From Treponema sp. (GTDB lineage: Bacteria > Spirochaetota > Spirochaetia > Treponematales > Treponemataceae): a DNA stretch of 64,000 nt. The notes under the pieces were generated by a model that saw only the letters and a list, made by a program, of their open reading frames with translations, was not told where the DNA came from and did not search any database. The position numbers and the translations under genes are program-made. Location of the stretch: NCBI GenBank assembly GCA_017450535.1, contig JAFSTK010000022.1, positions 2,540-66,539 of the forward strand. Direction: 5' to 3'. Within the stretch, counting starts at the first letter, position 1. Each line of letters begins with the position of its first letter. Positions 48,033-56,413 of this stretch are shown in pieces.

Positions 48033-48787
48033 GAGTCGTCGGATGCGCGCGCATTCTGATTGCGGCAAGAAAGGCCAGCGGCTTTGTTGAAGATTTTCTC
48101 CAGGTATGCAGCTTCACCTTCGCTCAAAGCCGCTCTTGAAAGAATCATGCGCCAGAACCGTTCCATATCTTCCCGACCGTTCAGACTAAAAAAGCCGATT
48201 TCTTTTAGATTGTCGGTGATTGTTTTTACGGTTCTGTCTATTCGTGCTAAAGTGAGCGGCATATACCCCGGCGAAGTCTTGTCCTGACTGCGGAACAAAT
48301 GATAGCAGATGATTTGAACAGCGTGGGATAAATTAAGCGAGGCAAAATCCGGACACGACGGAATGGTGACCCCCATCGTGCATTCATTCAGTTCTTCATC
48401 GAGCAGACCGGTGCGCTCATTGCCAAACACCGCCGCGATTTTTCCGCCCTCATCATTTTTGGTACCCGTTGCCTGAGAAGCCAGTTCGGTGAATTCTTCG
48501 GGCAGGAGAAGCTTTCCCTTGCGTTTTTTTCCTCGGCGGCGGGTTGTTCCTGCGGCAAATACACAGTCTGCTGTGGCGGCGGTTATGCTGTCAAAAAATT
48601 GCGCCTGCTCCCAGATTCCTGCCGCATGAATCGCCAGAATGCGCACTCGCTCATCATCAAAATCTTCTCTTTTTCCTACAATGCGCAGGGCACTGATTCC
48701 GTTGTTTGCCATTGCCCTGCATACAGCACCCACATTACGGCTTTCATCTGGGTGTACCAAAACGATTACGATTTTCTTGAGATTCAT
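48029..48787 (-). CDS. SPOUT tRNA methyltransferase, TrmJ/LasT family
   Basis: NVGAVCRAMAN, FGNERTGL, SLNLSHAV. Confidence 0.9.
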   Translation of the reverse strand: MNLKKIVIVLVHPDESRNVGAVCRAMANNGISALRIVGKREDFDDERVRILAIHAAGIWEQAQFFDSITAATADCVFAAGTTRRRGKKRKGKLLLPEEFTELASQATGTKNDEGGKIAAVFGNERTGLLDEELNECTMGVTIPSCPDFASLNLSHAVQIICYHLFRSQDKTSPGYMPLTLARIDRTVKTITDNLKEIGFFSLNGREDMERFWRMILSRAALSEGEAAYLEKIFNKAAGLSCRNQNARASDDS

Positions 48788-48834
48788 GTTTAGCAGTCTA
48801 CTTCTTTTTTCATATTTACGCTATAATACATGCG

Positions 48835-49569
48835 ATGAAATTTTTTGAGGGAAAAAACGCGCTGGTTGTGGGCGGTTCTGGAGGCATTGGTTCTGTGCTG
48901 TCTCTGTTTTTGGCAGAGCAGGGGGCCCGTCTTGTCGTTCATGGCGGTCACTCGTCAGAAAAGTTTTCTGCGCTGATGGAAAAAATTACGACGCACTCAC
49001 CAGACTCTGTCGCTTGTGTGCAGCATTTTTGTGCGGAGCGTTTTTCCGAGCTTGAGTCATCAGATGTTGCGCGTTATGCCCGTGAATGCGATGTGCTTTG
49101 CGTGTGCCATGGTCCTTTTGTGCAGAAGTCATTGGACAATACTTCGCTTGCTGACTGGCAAAATCTCGCGCTTTTTGATTACGCGCTTCCCGGCTTTTTG
49201 GTCAGTTCCGCGCTTCCTAATATGATTGAAAAAAAATGGGGAAGAATTCTTTTGTTTGGCGGAACGGGCACGGAGCGACGGAGTGTGTATCAAACCAATG
49301 CAGCCTATGCGGGGGCAAAATCTGCGCTTAATGTGCTGGTTCATTCCGTTGCCGCGCGTTATGCGTCTTTGGGGATTACCTGCAACGCCGTATTGCCTGG
49401 TTTTACACAGACTGAATATACTTCTTCGCCCGAATTGCTTGCGGAAAAAATGCCGGGCAAAACGATGCTTTCGCCTGAAACGGTTGCTTCTGCGGCGATG
49501 GACTTGCTGAAAAATCCTTGTCTGAACGGTGTTTTGCTTCCTGTTGATCAAGGGTGGTCTCCTGCCTGA
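48835..49569 (+). CDS. SDR family oxidoreductase
   Basis: GGSGGIG, YAGAK, CNAVLPG, VDQG. Confidence 0.9.
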   Translation: MKFFEGKNALVVGGSGGIGSVLSLFLAEQGARLVVHGGHSSEKFSALMEKITTHSPDSVACVQHFCAERFSELESSDVARYARECDVLCVCHGPFVQKSLDNTSLADWQNLALFDYALPGFLVSSALPNMIEKKWGRILLFGGTGTERRSVYQTNAAYAGAKSALNVLVHSVAARYASLGITCNAVLPGFTQTEYTSSPELLAEKMPGKTMLSPETVASAAMDLLKNPCLNGVLLPVDQGWSPA

Positions 49570-49627
49570 GTAAATTCTTTGTTTGCCCGTCTTAAGCAGT
49601 TTTTTTAATTAGTCAATATAATAAAGT

Positions 49628-49656
49628 TTGACATTATAGATTTTTTAAGATATAAT
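49628..49656 (+). promoter_or_regulatory. Consensus sigma70 promoter of the STAS gene
   Basis: TTGACA-17-TATAAT exact; AGGAG RBS downstream. Confidence 0.8.
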
Positions 49657-49683
49657 AAATGCATTGTTTACGGTAGGAGTAAT

Positions 49684-50235
49684 ATGGCTAACAATAACGA
49701 TTTGGTGCCTGGTTTTAATGACGAGAGAGATGACAGCCTGAAGATTTCGCTCGATAAGATTCCTGATGTTGATAAGGGTCTTATTATTTATCTAAACGGT
49801 TATATTGATACCTACAATTCTAGCTTCTTCCAGAAAAGAATTCAGAAGGTTGTCGATACAGGTTATTGCAATCTGATTTTTAATTGTTCTTCATTAAATT
49901 ATGTTTCTTCTACTGGCATTGGTTCTTTTACGGCGTTCCTCAAAATGGTAAAACCGAAGGGCGGCGATATTGTTCTTCTGGAAATTCAGCCGAAAGTGTA
50001 TGAAGTGTTCCAGTTGCTTGGCTTCTCACAGTTCTTTAATATCAAAGAGAATATTGGCGATTCAATCAGTTTCTTTAAGGCGGGCGCACCGACTGATGAC
50101 AGTCCGTTCCCCAAGATTTTTGGATGCCCGGTATGTTCAAAACGTCTGAAAGCGACGAAGCCCGGACGTTTCCGCTGTTCTGAATGTAAATCAATTCTGG
50201 CGATTGACCAGCAGGGACAAGTGTTCTTGGGATAA
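49684..50235 (+). CDS. STAS anti-sigma factor antagonist with C-terminal Zn ribbon
   Basis: GYIDTYNS, LNYVSSTGIG, VFQLLGF; CPVC...CSEC. Confidence 0.9.
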   Translation: MANNNDLVPGFNDERDDSLKISLDKIPDVDKGLIIYLNGYIDTYNSSFFQKRIQKVVDTGYCNLIFNCSSLNYVSSTGIGSFTAFLKMVKPKGGDIVLLEIQPKVYEVFQLLGFSQFFNIKENIGDSISFFKAGAPTDDSPFPKIFGCPVCSKRLKATKPGRFRCSECKSILAIDQQGQVFLG

Positions 50236-50257
50236 AAATAATTTTCGTAAGAACGAA

Positions 50258-50299
50258 AAGATACCGCTGTCAGCACAGGTTGTCAGCGGTCTTTTTTTT
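50258..50299 (+). terminator. Rho-independent terminator
   Basis: ACCGCTG...CAGCGGT followed by CTTTTTTTT. Confidence 0.7.
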
Positions 50300-50300
50300 A

Positions 50301-50552
50301 TGTGTATAAGTTGTGGAAAACTTTTGCAGCTATGTTTTTTGTTAAAAAATTCTTAATAAGTTTTACAGAAAAATCAGACGGCATAGCAAAATTTTTCATG
50401 TCTATTTTTGGCATTTTTTGTTAATTACTTATAATATAAAGAATTAGATTATTTTTTAACTAACGTGTGTTAGGTTTTATTCTCCGGAAAAAAGATGAAT
50501 TATTTTTTTTAAACTACTTGACATGGTTTTCCTGTTCACAGACTGTGGAAAA
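50301..50552. promoter_or_regulatory. DnaA-box cluster flanking an AT-rich tract
   Basis: TGTGTATAA (50301) and TGTGGAAAA (50312, 50544) match TTWTNCACA on the minus strand; near-match CTGTTCACA (50532). Confidence 0.5.
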
Positions 50553-50661
50553 CTTGTGTTTTATTTGAGTAAAACTATTGTATTTTCATTTATAAAAAAG
50601 AATTAGCCGATATAAGCATTTATTGTTGTTTTTAGCGGTTTTTCGTGATATTCTATAAGAG

Positions 50662-51693
50662 ATGAAGTTTTCTTTAAGGTTGCTGATTCTTTTTTTGGTG
50701 ACGTGTGTTGTTTGTGTGCTGGGAGCAGCCGTATTTGTTATGCTCTCCTATGACCTTTCGATTCTTGTCGCTGGAAATGATGTCACATTCTTTTCGGCAG
50801 ATTTTTTTCTCAGGGCACTTTTTGATATTGTTCCCTTTGTCTGTGTGTTTGCGCTGATGGTGCTGGTGATGTATCTTATCCGCCATCCTGCCAAGCGATT
50901 GCAGTTGTATGTTTCATATGCGATTATGTGTTTGGTGACATGGGCTGTGTTTTTGCCGTTGGACATTATGGCGGCATTTGCGTATGAAGATGCGCCTCTG
51001 GAATCCCCTGCGCCTGCTGATTTGAGCGCTGGATATTTTAGGGAATATGCCGGAAACGTCTATTTTTATTCGCGTACATTCCGTTACGAACTTATGCAAA
51101 AAGATACCTGTGGCGAAGGTCTGATGATTGATTTGACCGGCTTGCGTGGAAGGGCTGGCGAAGTGTATACCTTTACGACATCGGCGACAGTAAAGCCCCG
51201 CAATGGTTATGCGGACACGATTTTTGCCAATGCCACCGTAATGCCAAAAGTTGTGGAAAAACCTGTTCAGGCATACAGAACTTTGCAGCAGGCGGCGCGT
51301 GCGTCTTGGGCGGCAGGAATTATTCCTTGGATTGCGTTTGCCTCCATCGGACTGGCATTCTTTTCTATTATATTTATCCGCGATGTAAACAGCTGGCGGT
51401 TTTTGAATGCAAGTGTGGTCATCGCTTCATCATTTCTCGTGTTCACCGTGAATGCCATGATATATTCTCATGCGGTGCTGTCTGACGTTTCATTGTGGTG
51501 CTCCGATTTGTTCTTTAACCTGGGGCATTATTTGCCTGAAATATGTTCGGGAGTGGCGCGGGTTCGGGAGCCATTGGCGTTGTTTGTTAATATTGGATTT
51601 ACGATTTTCTACGTGCTCTTTGGTCTGATATGTAAGAAAATCAATAGCCGTCGTGGAAATATCGCATTTTTTGCGGAAGAGGAAGAAGAATGA
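50662..51693 (+). CDS. Hypothetical multi-TM membrane protein
   Basis: 3 TM - soluble domain - 3 TM topology, reminiscent of LptF/LptG. Confidence 0.75.
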   Translation: MKFSLRLLILFLVTCVVCVLGAAVFVMLSYDLSILVAGNDVTFFSADFFLRALFDIVPFVCVFALMVLVMYLIRHPAKRLQLYVSYAIMCLVTWAVFLPLDIMAAFAYEDAPLESPAPADLSAGYFREYAGNVYFYSRTFRYELMQKDTCGEGLMIDLTGLRGRAGEVYTFTTSATVKPRNGYADTIFANATVMPKVVEKPVQAYRTLQQAARASWAAGIIPWIAFASIGLAFFSIIFIRDVNSWRFLNASVVIASSFLVFTVNAMIYSHAVLSDVSLWCSDLFFNLGHYLPEICSGVARVREPLALFVNIGFTIFYVLFGLICKKINSRRGNIAFFAEEEEE

Positions 51694-53507
51694 AAAAGAT
51701 ATTGCTCGCATTGTTAGCCTATCTGATGATTGCCTTCCTCATTTGTATGGGAATCTCAGGCTTTGCCATGGAGATGCCTGTCGTGTTGGACTCTCAGCAC
51801 GGGTCATTCATTTTTTTCCGTGGTATGCTTTATTTTCTCCGTGCGCTGCCAGCTCTTTTTGGAAGCGCGTTTTTGATGCTGCTTTCTATTTATTTCGGTT
51901 CAAATACGGGAAGTGCACGGGATCGTTTTTCTCCGGCTATTTTCCGCCACTTTAAGATGGTGATGCTCACGTCATTGGGCATGGTGTTCATTCTTGCGCT
52001 CAGCACAGAAATCTTTGTGCCTGCAATCAATGCCCGTCAGCGTTTGGCAGAAGCTGCTCCTCGTCTTTTGAATGAGTATTTGATAAGCGGACGCTATTGT
52101 TATGTGATTAAAAATTATTATCTTGCGCATGAATATGGCAGGCAAGCATTGCGTCTTTCGCCTGGTAATCAGGACGCTCAACGATTGATTGATGATTCGG
52201 AGCGTAGTCTGCACAGTATGCGCGCGCGTCCGCAGTCAAGAGCACAAAAAGTTGATAACAGCGCACGATGGCGGGAATTGCAGAACGAGACTGTTACATC
52301 GTTGCTCAAAAAATCGCAGAAAGCATATGAGGAAGAGCGTTGGTTTGATGCCCATTATTATGCGCAGCTGGCAGTTTCTTCTGGCAATGAGTCCGACGTA
52401 AATCTGCTTGATGCGCGTCGTATGGCGGCCGAGGCTTGGAACCGATTGAATGACTCTGCGCCGATTGCTGATCAGGCGGCGAAAAAATTGTTTGAGCAGA
52501 AAAAACGGGCATATTTCTATCTTATGAATGACGACAATCTGGAAGCTTATTACGAGTTTCAGGAAATGTATAATACGGCCGGTGTTTTTGTTGATCCTGA
52601 CATAAAGAACTATTATGAGATTGCAAAAGAACGTCTTGCGCGCGAGGCATTCTTTATTGATGAGACATTGCACTTGCAGTTGTTCGAGTCTTCGCAGAAT
52701 GTCTATTTTACTATCGCACATCCTGACGGCGCAAGAGATGTTGTGTATATCAAAGGCATTACCATGGTTTCTAATTCAGGCAGAATGATTCAATATCTGC
52801 GTGATTTTTCCATGTACTCATATGGCAGAGACGGGCGGTTTATCCGTTCCGTAACGACACCTTATGCAAAAATGGTTGCGGAGTCAGTTTCCATTTTTGA
52901 CAGTCAGACGGCGAGTTTGTATGATATTCAGGAGTCTTACAAGAGTGTTCCCTATGTGATTTTACAATCTGTGGCGCGCGAGTCCACCCGCCTGAAAAAT
53001 GAGCCGACTTTCCAGTACAACCCGGACATTCCATTGGATGAGCGGCAAGAAGACTCCGTTCTGATTTTAGCCATGCCATTTGCCGATTTCAATCTTGCGT
53101 GTGATGCGACTATTGGACCAAAGAATATGAATCTGTTGAGCCTGTTAAAAATAGTGGATAAGGCGGCAAATTTCGGCTATTCGGAGGAAGTGTTCCAGGC
53201 GACACTTATTCAGCGGCTTATGTATCCGCTTTTGTTGCTGATTTTGATGATTGTCTGCGCATCTTTTGCATGGAATTATCGCTTGAAGAATAATCAGGTC
53301 TTTAAATTCATCTGGATTTTGAGTTTCCCGGTCTGCACTTTGGTGCTTTATTTGATTATGGAAATATGTATGTATGTCAGCGAAGTGCTTTGTTATGCGC
53401 TGGTCGGATTCTCTGGTCAGTTCTCGGTGATTTCCGCCGTAGTGATTTACACAGTTCTGCTGATTGTTTCTTCTGTATTCTTTCTTGCCCGCCGTTCTAG
53501 AACATAA
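51690..53507 (+). CDS. Hypothetical membrane protein with TPR-like periplasmic region
   Basis: 3 TM - large domain (ALRLSPGNQDA) - 3 TM; ATGA-coupled to the upstream gene. Confidence 0.78.
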   Translation: MKKILLALLAYLMIAFLICMGISGFAMEMPVVLDSQHGSFIFFRGMLYFLRALPALFGSAFLMLLSIYFGSNTGSARDRFSPAIFRHFKMVMLTSLGMVFILALSTEIFVPAINARQRLAEAAPRLLNEYLISGRYCYVIKNYYLAHEYGRQALRLSPGNQDAQRLIDDSERSLHSMRARPQSRAQKVDNSARWRELQNETVTSLLKKSQKAYEEERWFDAHYYAQLAVSSGNESDVNLLDARRMAAEAWNRLNDSAPIADQAAKKLFEQKKRAYFYLMNDDNLEAYYEFQEMYNTAGVFVDPDIKNYYEIAKERLAREAFFIDETLHLQLFESSQNVYFTIAHPDGARDVVYIKGITMVSNSGRMIQYLRDFSMYSYGRDGRFIRSVTTPYAKMVAESVSIFDSQTASLYDIQESYKSVPYVILQSVARESTRLKNEPTFQYNPDIPLDERQEDSVLILAMPFADFNLACDATIGPKNMNLLSLLKIVDKAANFGYSEEVFQATLIQRLMYPLLLLILMIVCASFAWNYRLKNNQVFKFIWILSFPVCTLVLYLIMEICMYVSEVLCYALVGFSGQFSVISAVVIYTVLLIVSSVFFLARRSRT

Positions 53508-53509
53508 AC

Positions 53510-53944
53510 ATGCGATTTTCAGTACGGAATGTTGGAATGAAACTGCGTTCTTTTGCACGAGCGCATAAAATTCTTTTGGTGTGCGTCCTTGTCGGTTGCA
53601 TAGGCGGGGTCTATGGCCTTCTGGCGGGGCTTGGTTCCGGCTGGTTTGTTGAGCTTGTGGTAAACCGCATTCGTGAGGAGCGGACTAATCCTCAGTCTGA
53701 GGCGGACGCCACGCAGGATGAAAAGATTGTTCCGTTTAACGATGAAATGCGGGCGGCTTATCATACGCTGGGGCTTTCAAGCGACGCATCTTTTGAAGAG
53801 GTCAAAGCCGCCCACCGTCAGTTGGCAGTGCAATTTCATCCGGACAGTCCTGCTGGCGATAAAGAGCAATTTGTGAAGATTCAGCAGGCGTATGAGTTAT
53901 TGCTCAATTTCTACACGTTCGATGTGCGCGCCAAGTCCCTGTAA
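53510..53944 (+). CDS. Membrane-anchored J-domain protein (DjlA-like)
   Basis: N-terminal TM; AYHTLGL...EVKAAHRQLAVQFHPD...IQQAYE. Confidence 0.85.
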   Translation: MRFSVRNVGMKLRSFARAHKILLVCVLVGCIGGVYGLLAGLGSGWFVELVVNRIREERTNPQSEADATQDEKIVPFNDEMRAAYHTLGLSSDASFEEVKAAHRQLAVQFHPDSPAGDKEQFVKIQQAYELLLNFYTFDVRAKSL

Positions 53945-55183
53945 TTTTTCTACAAGCATTTCATATCCGCGCTCAATCTGATACACGTTGCTGATTCTGC
54001 TTTCTCCATGGGCACAGAGCGCGGCAATTACCATCGCCATGCCTGCGCGCACGTCCGGGGAAACCAAATGGTCGCCACGAAGCATACTTGGACCTGAGAC
54101 GACAGCGCGGTGCGGATCACAAAGCGTAATGCGTGCGCCCATGCTAATCAGCTTGTCCACAAAGAACATGCGGCTTTCAAACATTTTCTCAAAAATGAGC
54201 ACCGTGCCTTCCACTTGGGTCGCCACGACGGTCATGATGCTCGTCAAATCCGGCGGAAATCCCGGCCACGGAGAGTCGTCAATTTTAGGAATCATGCCGC
54301 CTAAATCGGTGTTCACTTTCAATTCTTGGCTGACGGGCACGGTGAGGCGGTCGCCTTTGATTGCCCAGTTGATGCCGAGTTTGCTGAACGCCACCTTGAG
54401 CGGACGCATTTCTTCCGGGCGGATGCCGGTAATCGTGACGGAGCCTTTTGTTGCGGCGGCGAGTCCGATGTATGAGCCGATTTCCATAAAGTCGGGGCCA
54501 ATCGCAAAATCAGTGCCGTGCAATTTCTTTACGCCATCGATGTGAAGGATGTTGCTTCCAATGCCAGTAATTTTTGCGCCCATTGCAACGAGCATATTGC
54601 ACAAGTCTTGTACGTGCGGTTCGCTTGCGGCGTTGTTGATGATGGTGTGACCTTCGGCAAGGACTGCTGCCATCACCGCATTCTCTGTCGCGGTAACTGA
54701 AGTCTCGTCCAAGAAGATGTCCGCGCCTTTGAGTTTATTTGCGGAAAAGGTGAAAGGACCGTCTACAGAGATGCGCGCGCCCAATTCCTGCAATGCCAAA
54801 AAGTGCGTGTCTACGCGGCGGCGACCAATAACGTCTCCACCCGGTGGCGGCAGAATTGCTTTTCCTGTGCGCGCGACCAACGGACCTGCGAACAAAATGG
54901 ATGCGCGGATTTTTTTGCTTAATGTGGCGGGGATATCGTTTGAGCGGATATGCGCCGCATCGATTTTCCATTCATGGTCGCCGATTTTTTCTACGCCTGC
55001 GCCCAACGCCTGCAGAATGAGCAGCATAACGCCCGTGTCTTCAATTTCCGGGATATTGCGCAGGATGACCGGCTCTTCGGTCAGGAGCGTGGCAGCGATA
55101 CATGGCAACGCCGCGTTTTTATTTCCGCTCGCCGCAATTGTTCCTCTGATTGGAATACCGCCTTCAACTTTGTATTCGTACAT
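53897..55183 (-). CDS. murA: UDP-N-acetylglucosamine 1-carboxyvinyltransferase
   Basis: SGNKNAALP, RASIL, PGGDVIGRR, SVTATEN, PWPGFPPDL, IERGYE. Confidence 0.96.
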   Translation of the reverse strand: MYEYKVEGGIPIRGTIAASGNKNAALPCIAATLLTEEPVILRNIPEIEDTGVMLLILQALGAGVEKIGDHEWKIDAAHIRSNDIPATLSKKIRASILFAGPLVARTGKAILPPPGGDVIGRRRVDTHFLALQELGARISVDGPFTFSANKLKGADIFLDETSVTATENAVMAAVLAEGHTIINNAASEPHVQDLCNMLVAMGAKITGIGSNILHIDGVKKLHGTDFAIGPDFMEIGSYIGLAAATKGSVTITGIRPEEMRPLKVAFSKLGINWAIKGDRLTVPVSQELKVNTDLGGMIPKIDDSPWPGFPPDLTSIMTVVATQVEGTVLIFEKMFESRMFFVDKLISMGARITLCDPHRAVVSGPSMLRGDHLVSPDVRAGMAMVIAALCAHGESRISNVYQIERGYEMLVEKLQGLGAHIERVEIEQ

Positions 55184-55222
55184 AAATGATTCTTCCACCC
55201 TTGTGTCGATTTCTTTTCTATA

Positions 55223-56401
55223 TTATTCTTCGGCAGAAATCCGCGCCAAGTTTATAAGCACTTCGCAGGCGGCGCAAAGTCCATTCAGCGAGCACCATTC
55301 GTCGCGGGAGTGGAAATTATGTCCGCCGGTAAAAATATTCGGCGTAGGAATACCCATTTCTGTGAGACGGGAACCGTCCGTGCCGCCACGAATCGGATTG
55401 AAAATTGGCTCAATGCCGGCGGCTTTGTAGGCGGCAATCAGATTTTTTACCACGCGCGGATTTTTCTCCAGACCTTCTTTCATGTTCAGGTATTGCTGGG
55501 TGTGGGTCACTTCTGCCTTTCCGCCAAAACTTGCCGCTGTGGTCTGGGCGAGCAGGTCAACAAAACTTTTTCGCTTTTCCATTTCAGCCTTGGAAAAATC
55601 ACGCAAAAGCAGATTTACTTGCGCGCGCTCCATGGAGCCGTTTATCGACATGGCGGCATAAAATCCTTGGTAGCCGTCGGTGGTTTCTGGTGCCTGATGG
55701 CGCGGCAGATTTGCCACGAATGATGAAGCCATGACTGCGGCGTTTACCATGTCGGGACGAGCGGTGCCAGTGTGCGTTGCTTTTCCGGTAAAGGTGATTT
55801 CACTTTTGTATGCGTTAAAACATTCGGTCTCCAGCTCACCTGTCGCGCCGCCGTCCACTGTGTACGCGCATTTTGACGAAATCAAGTTGAGCGGAACATG
55901 GTCCATGCCATGCCCAGTCTCTTCGTCGGGGGAGAAAATCACTTCGATTTTGCCGTGGGAAACTTCCTTGTGGGCGCGCAAAAAAGAAATCGCGCTCATA
56001 ATCGCAGTGACGCCCGCCTTGTCATCTGCACCGAGAAGCGTTGTGCCGTCGCTGGTGATAATGGTGTCGCCGTCGTCAGTTTGGCGCAGCTGAGGCTTTA
56101 CATCTTTGCCGCTTACTTCGTCCACGGTGTCCATGTGGGCGAGCAGACAAATTGGCGCGACATGCTCTTTTCCGGGAGTGGCGGGCAAAAAGCCGTACAC
56201 GTAGCAGTAGTCGGTAATCTGCACGGACTCCAAGCCAAAGCCTTTCAGCTCTGCTTCCAAAATACGCGCAAAATCCCATTGACGTTCGGTGGAAGGCTGA
56301 ATACCTTGGTCAGCGCGTTCTCCGTCGCTTGTCGTCCAAATCTTTACGTAGCGTAAAAATCGCTCTAAAGTTGCATTTCTTTCTTCGTTTGTTATCATCA
56401 T
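55223..56401 (-). CDS. pepT: Peptidase T (tripeptide aminopeptidase)
   Basis: AHMDT, TLLGADDKAG, PDEE, PIRGGTDG, GHNFHS. Confidence 0.94.
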   Translation of the reverse strand: MMITNEERNATLERFLRYVKIWTTSDGERADQGIQPSTERQWDFARILEAELKGFGLESVQITDYCYVYGFLPATPGKEHVAPICLLAHMDTVDEVSGKDVKPQLRQTDDGDTIITSDGTTLLGADDKAGVTAIMSAISFLRAHKEVSHGKIEVIFSPDEETGHGMDHVPLNLISSKCAYTVDGGATGELETECFNAYKSEITFTGKATHTGTARPDMVNAAVMASSFVANLPRHQAPETTDGYQGFYAAMSINGSMERAQVNLLLRDFSKAEMEKRKSFVDLLAQTTAASFGGKAEVTHTQQYLNMKEGLEKNPRVVKNLIAAYKAAGIEPIFNPIRGGTDGSRLTEMGIPTPNIFTGGHNFHSRDEWCSLNGLCAACEVLINLARISAEE

Positions 56402-56413
56402 AGTTTTCTACTT

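Noticed and set aside
50236-50661. Calling this region oriC
   Set aside because: No dnaA, dnaN, gidA or rpmH adjacent, and no visible strand-bias switch; kept only as a DnaA-box cluster
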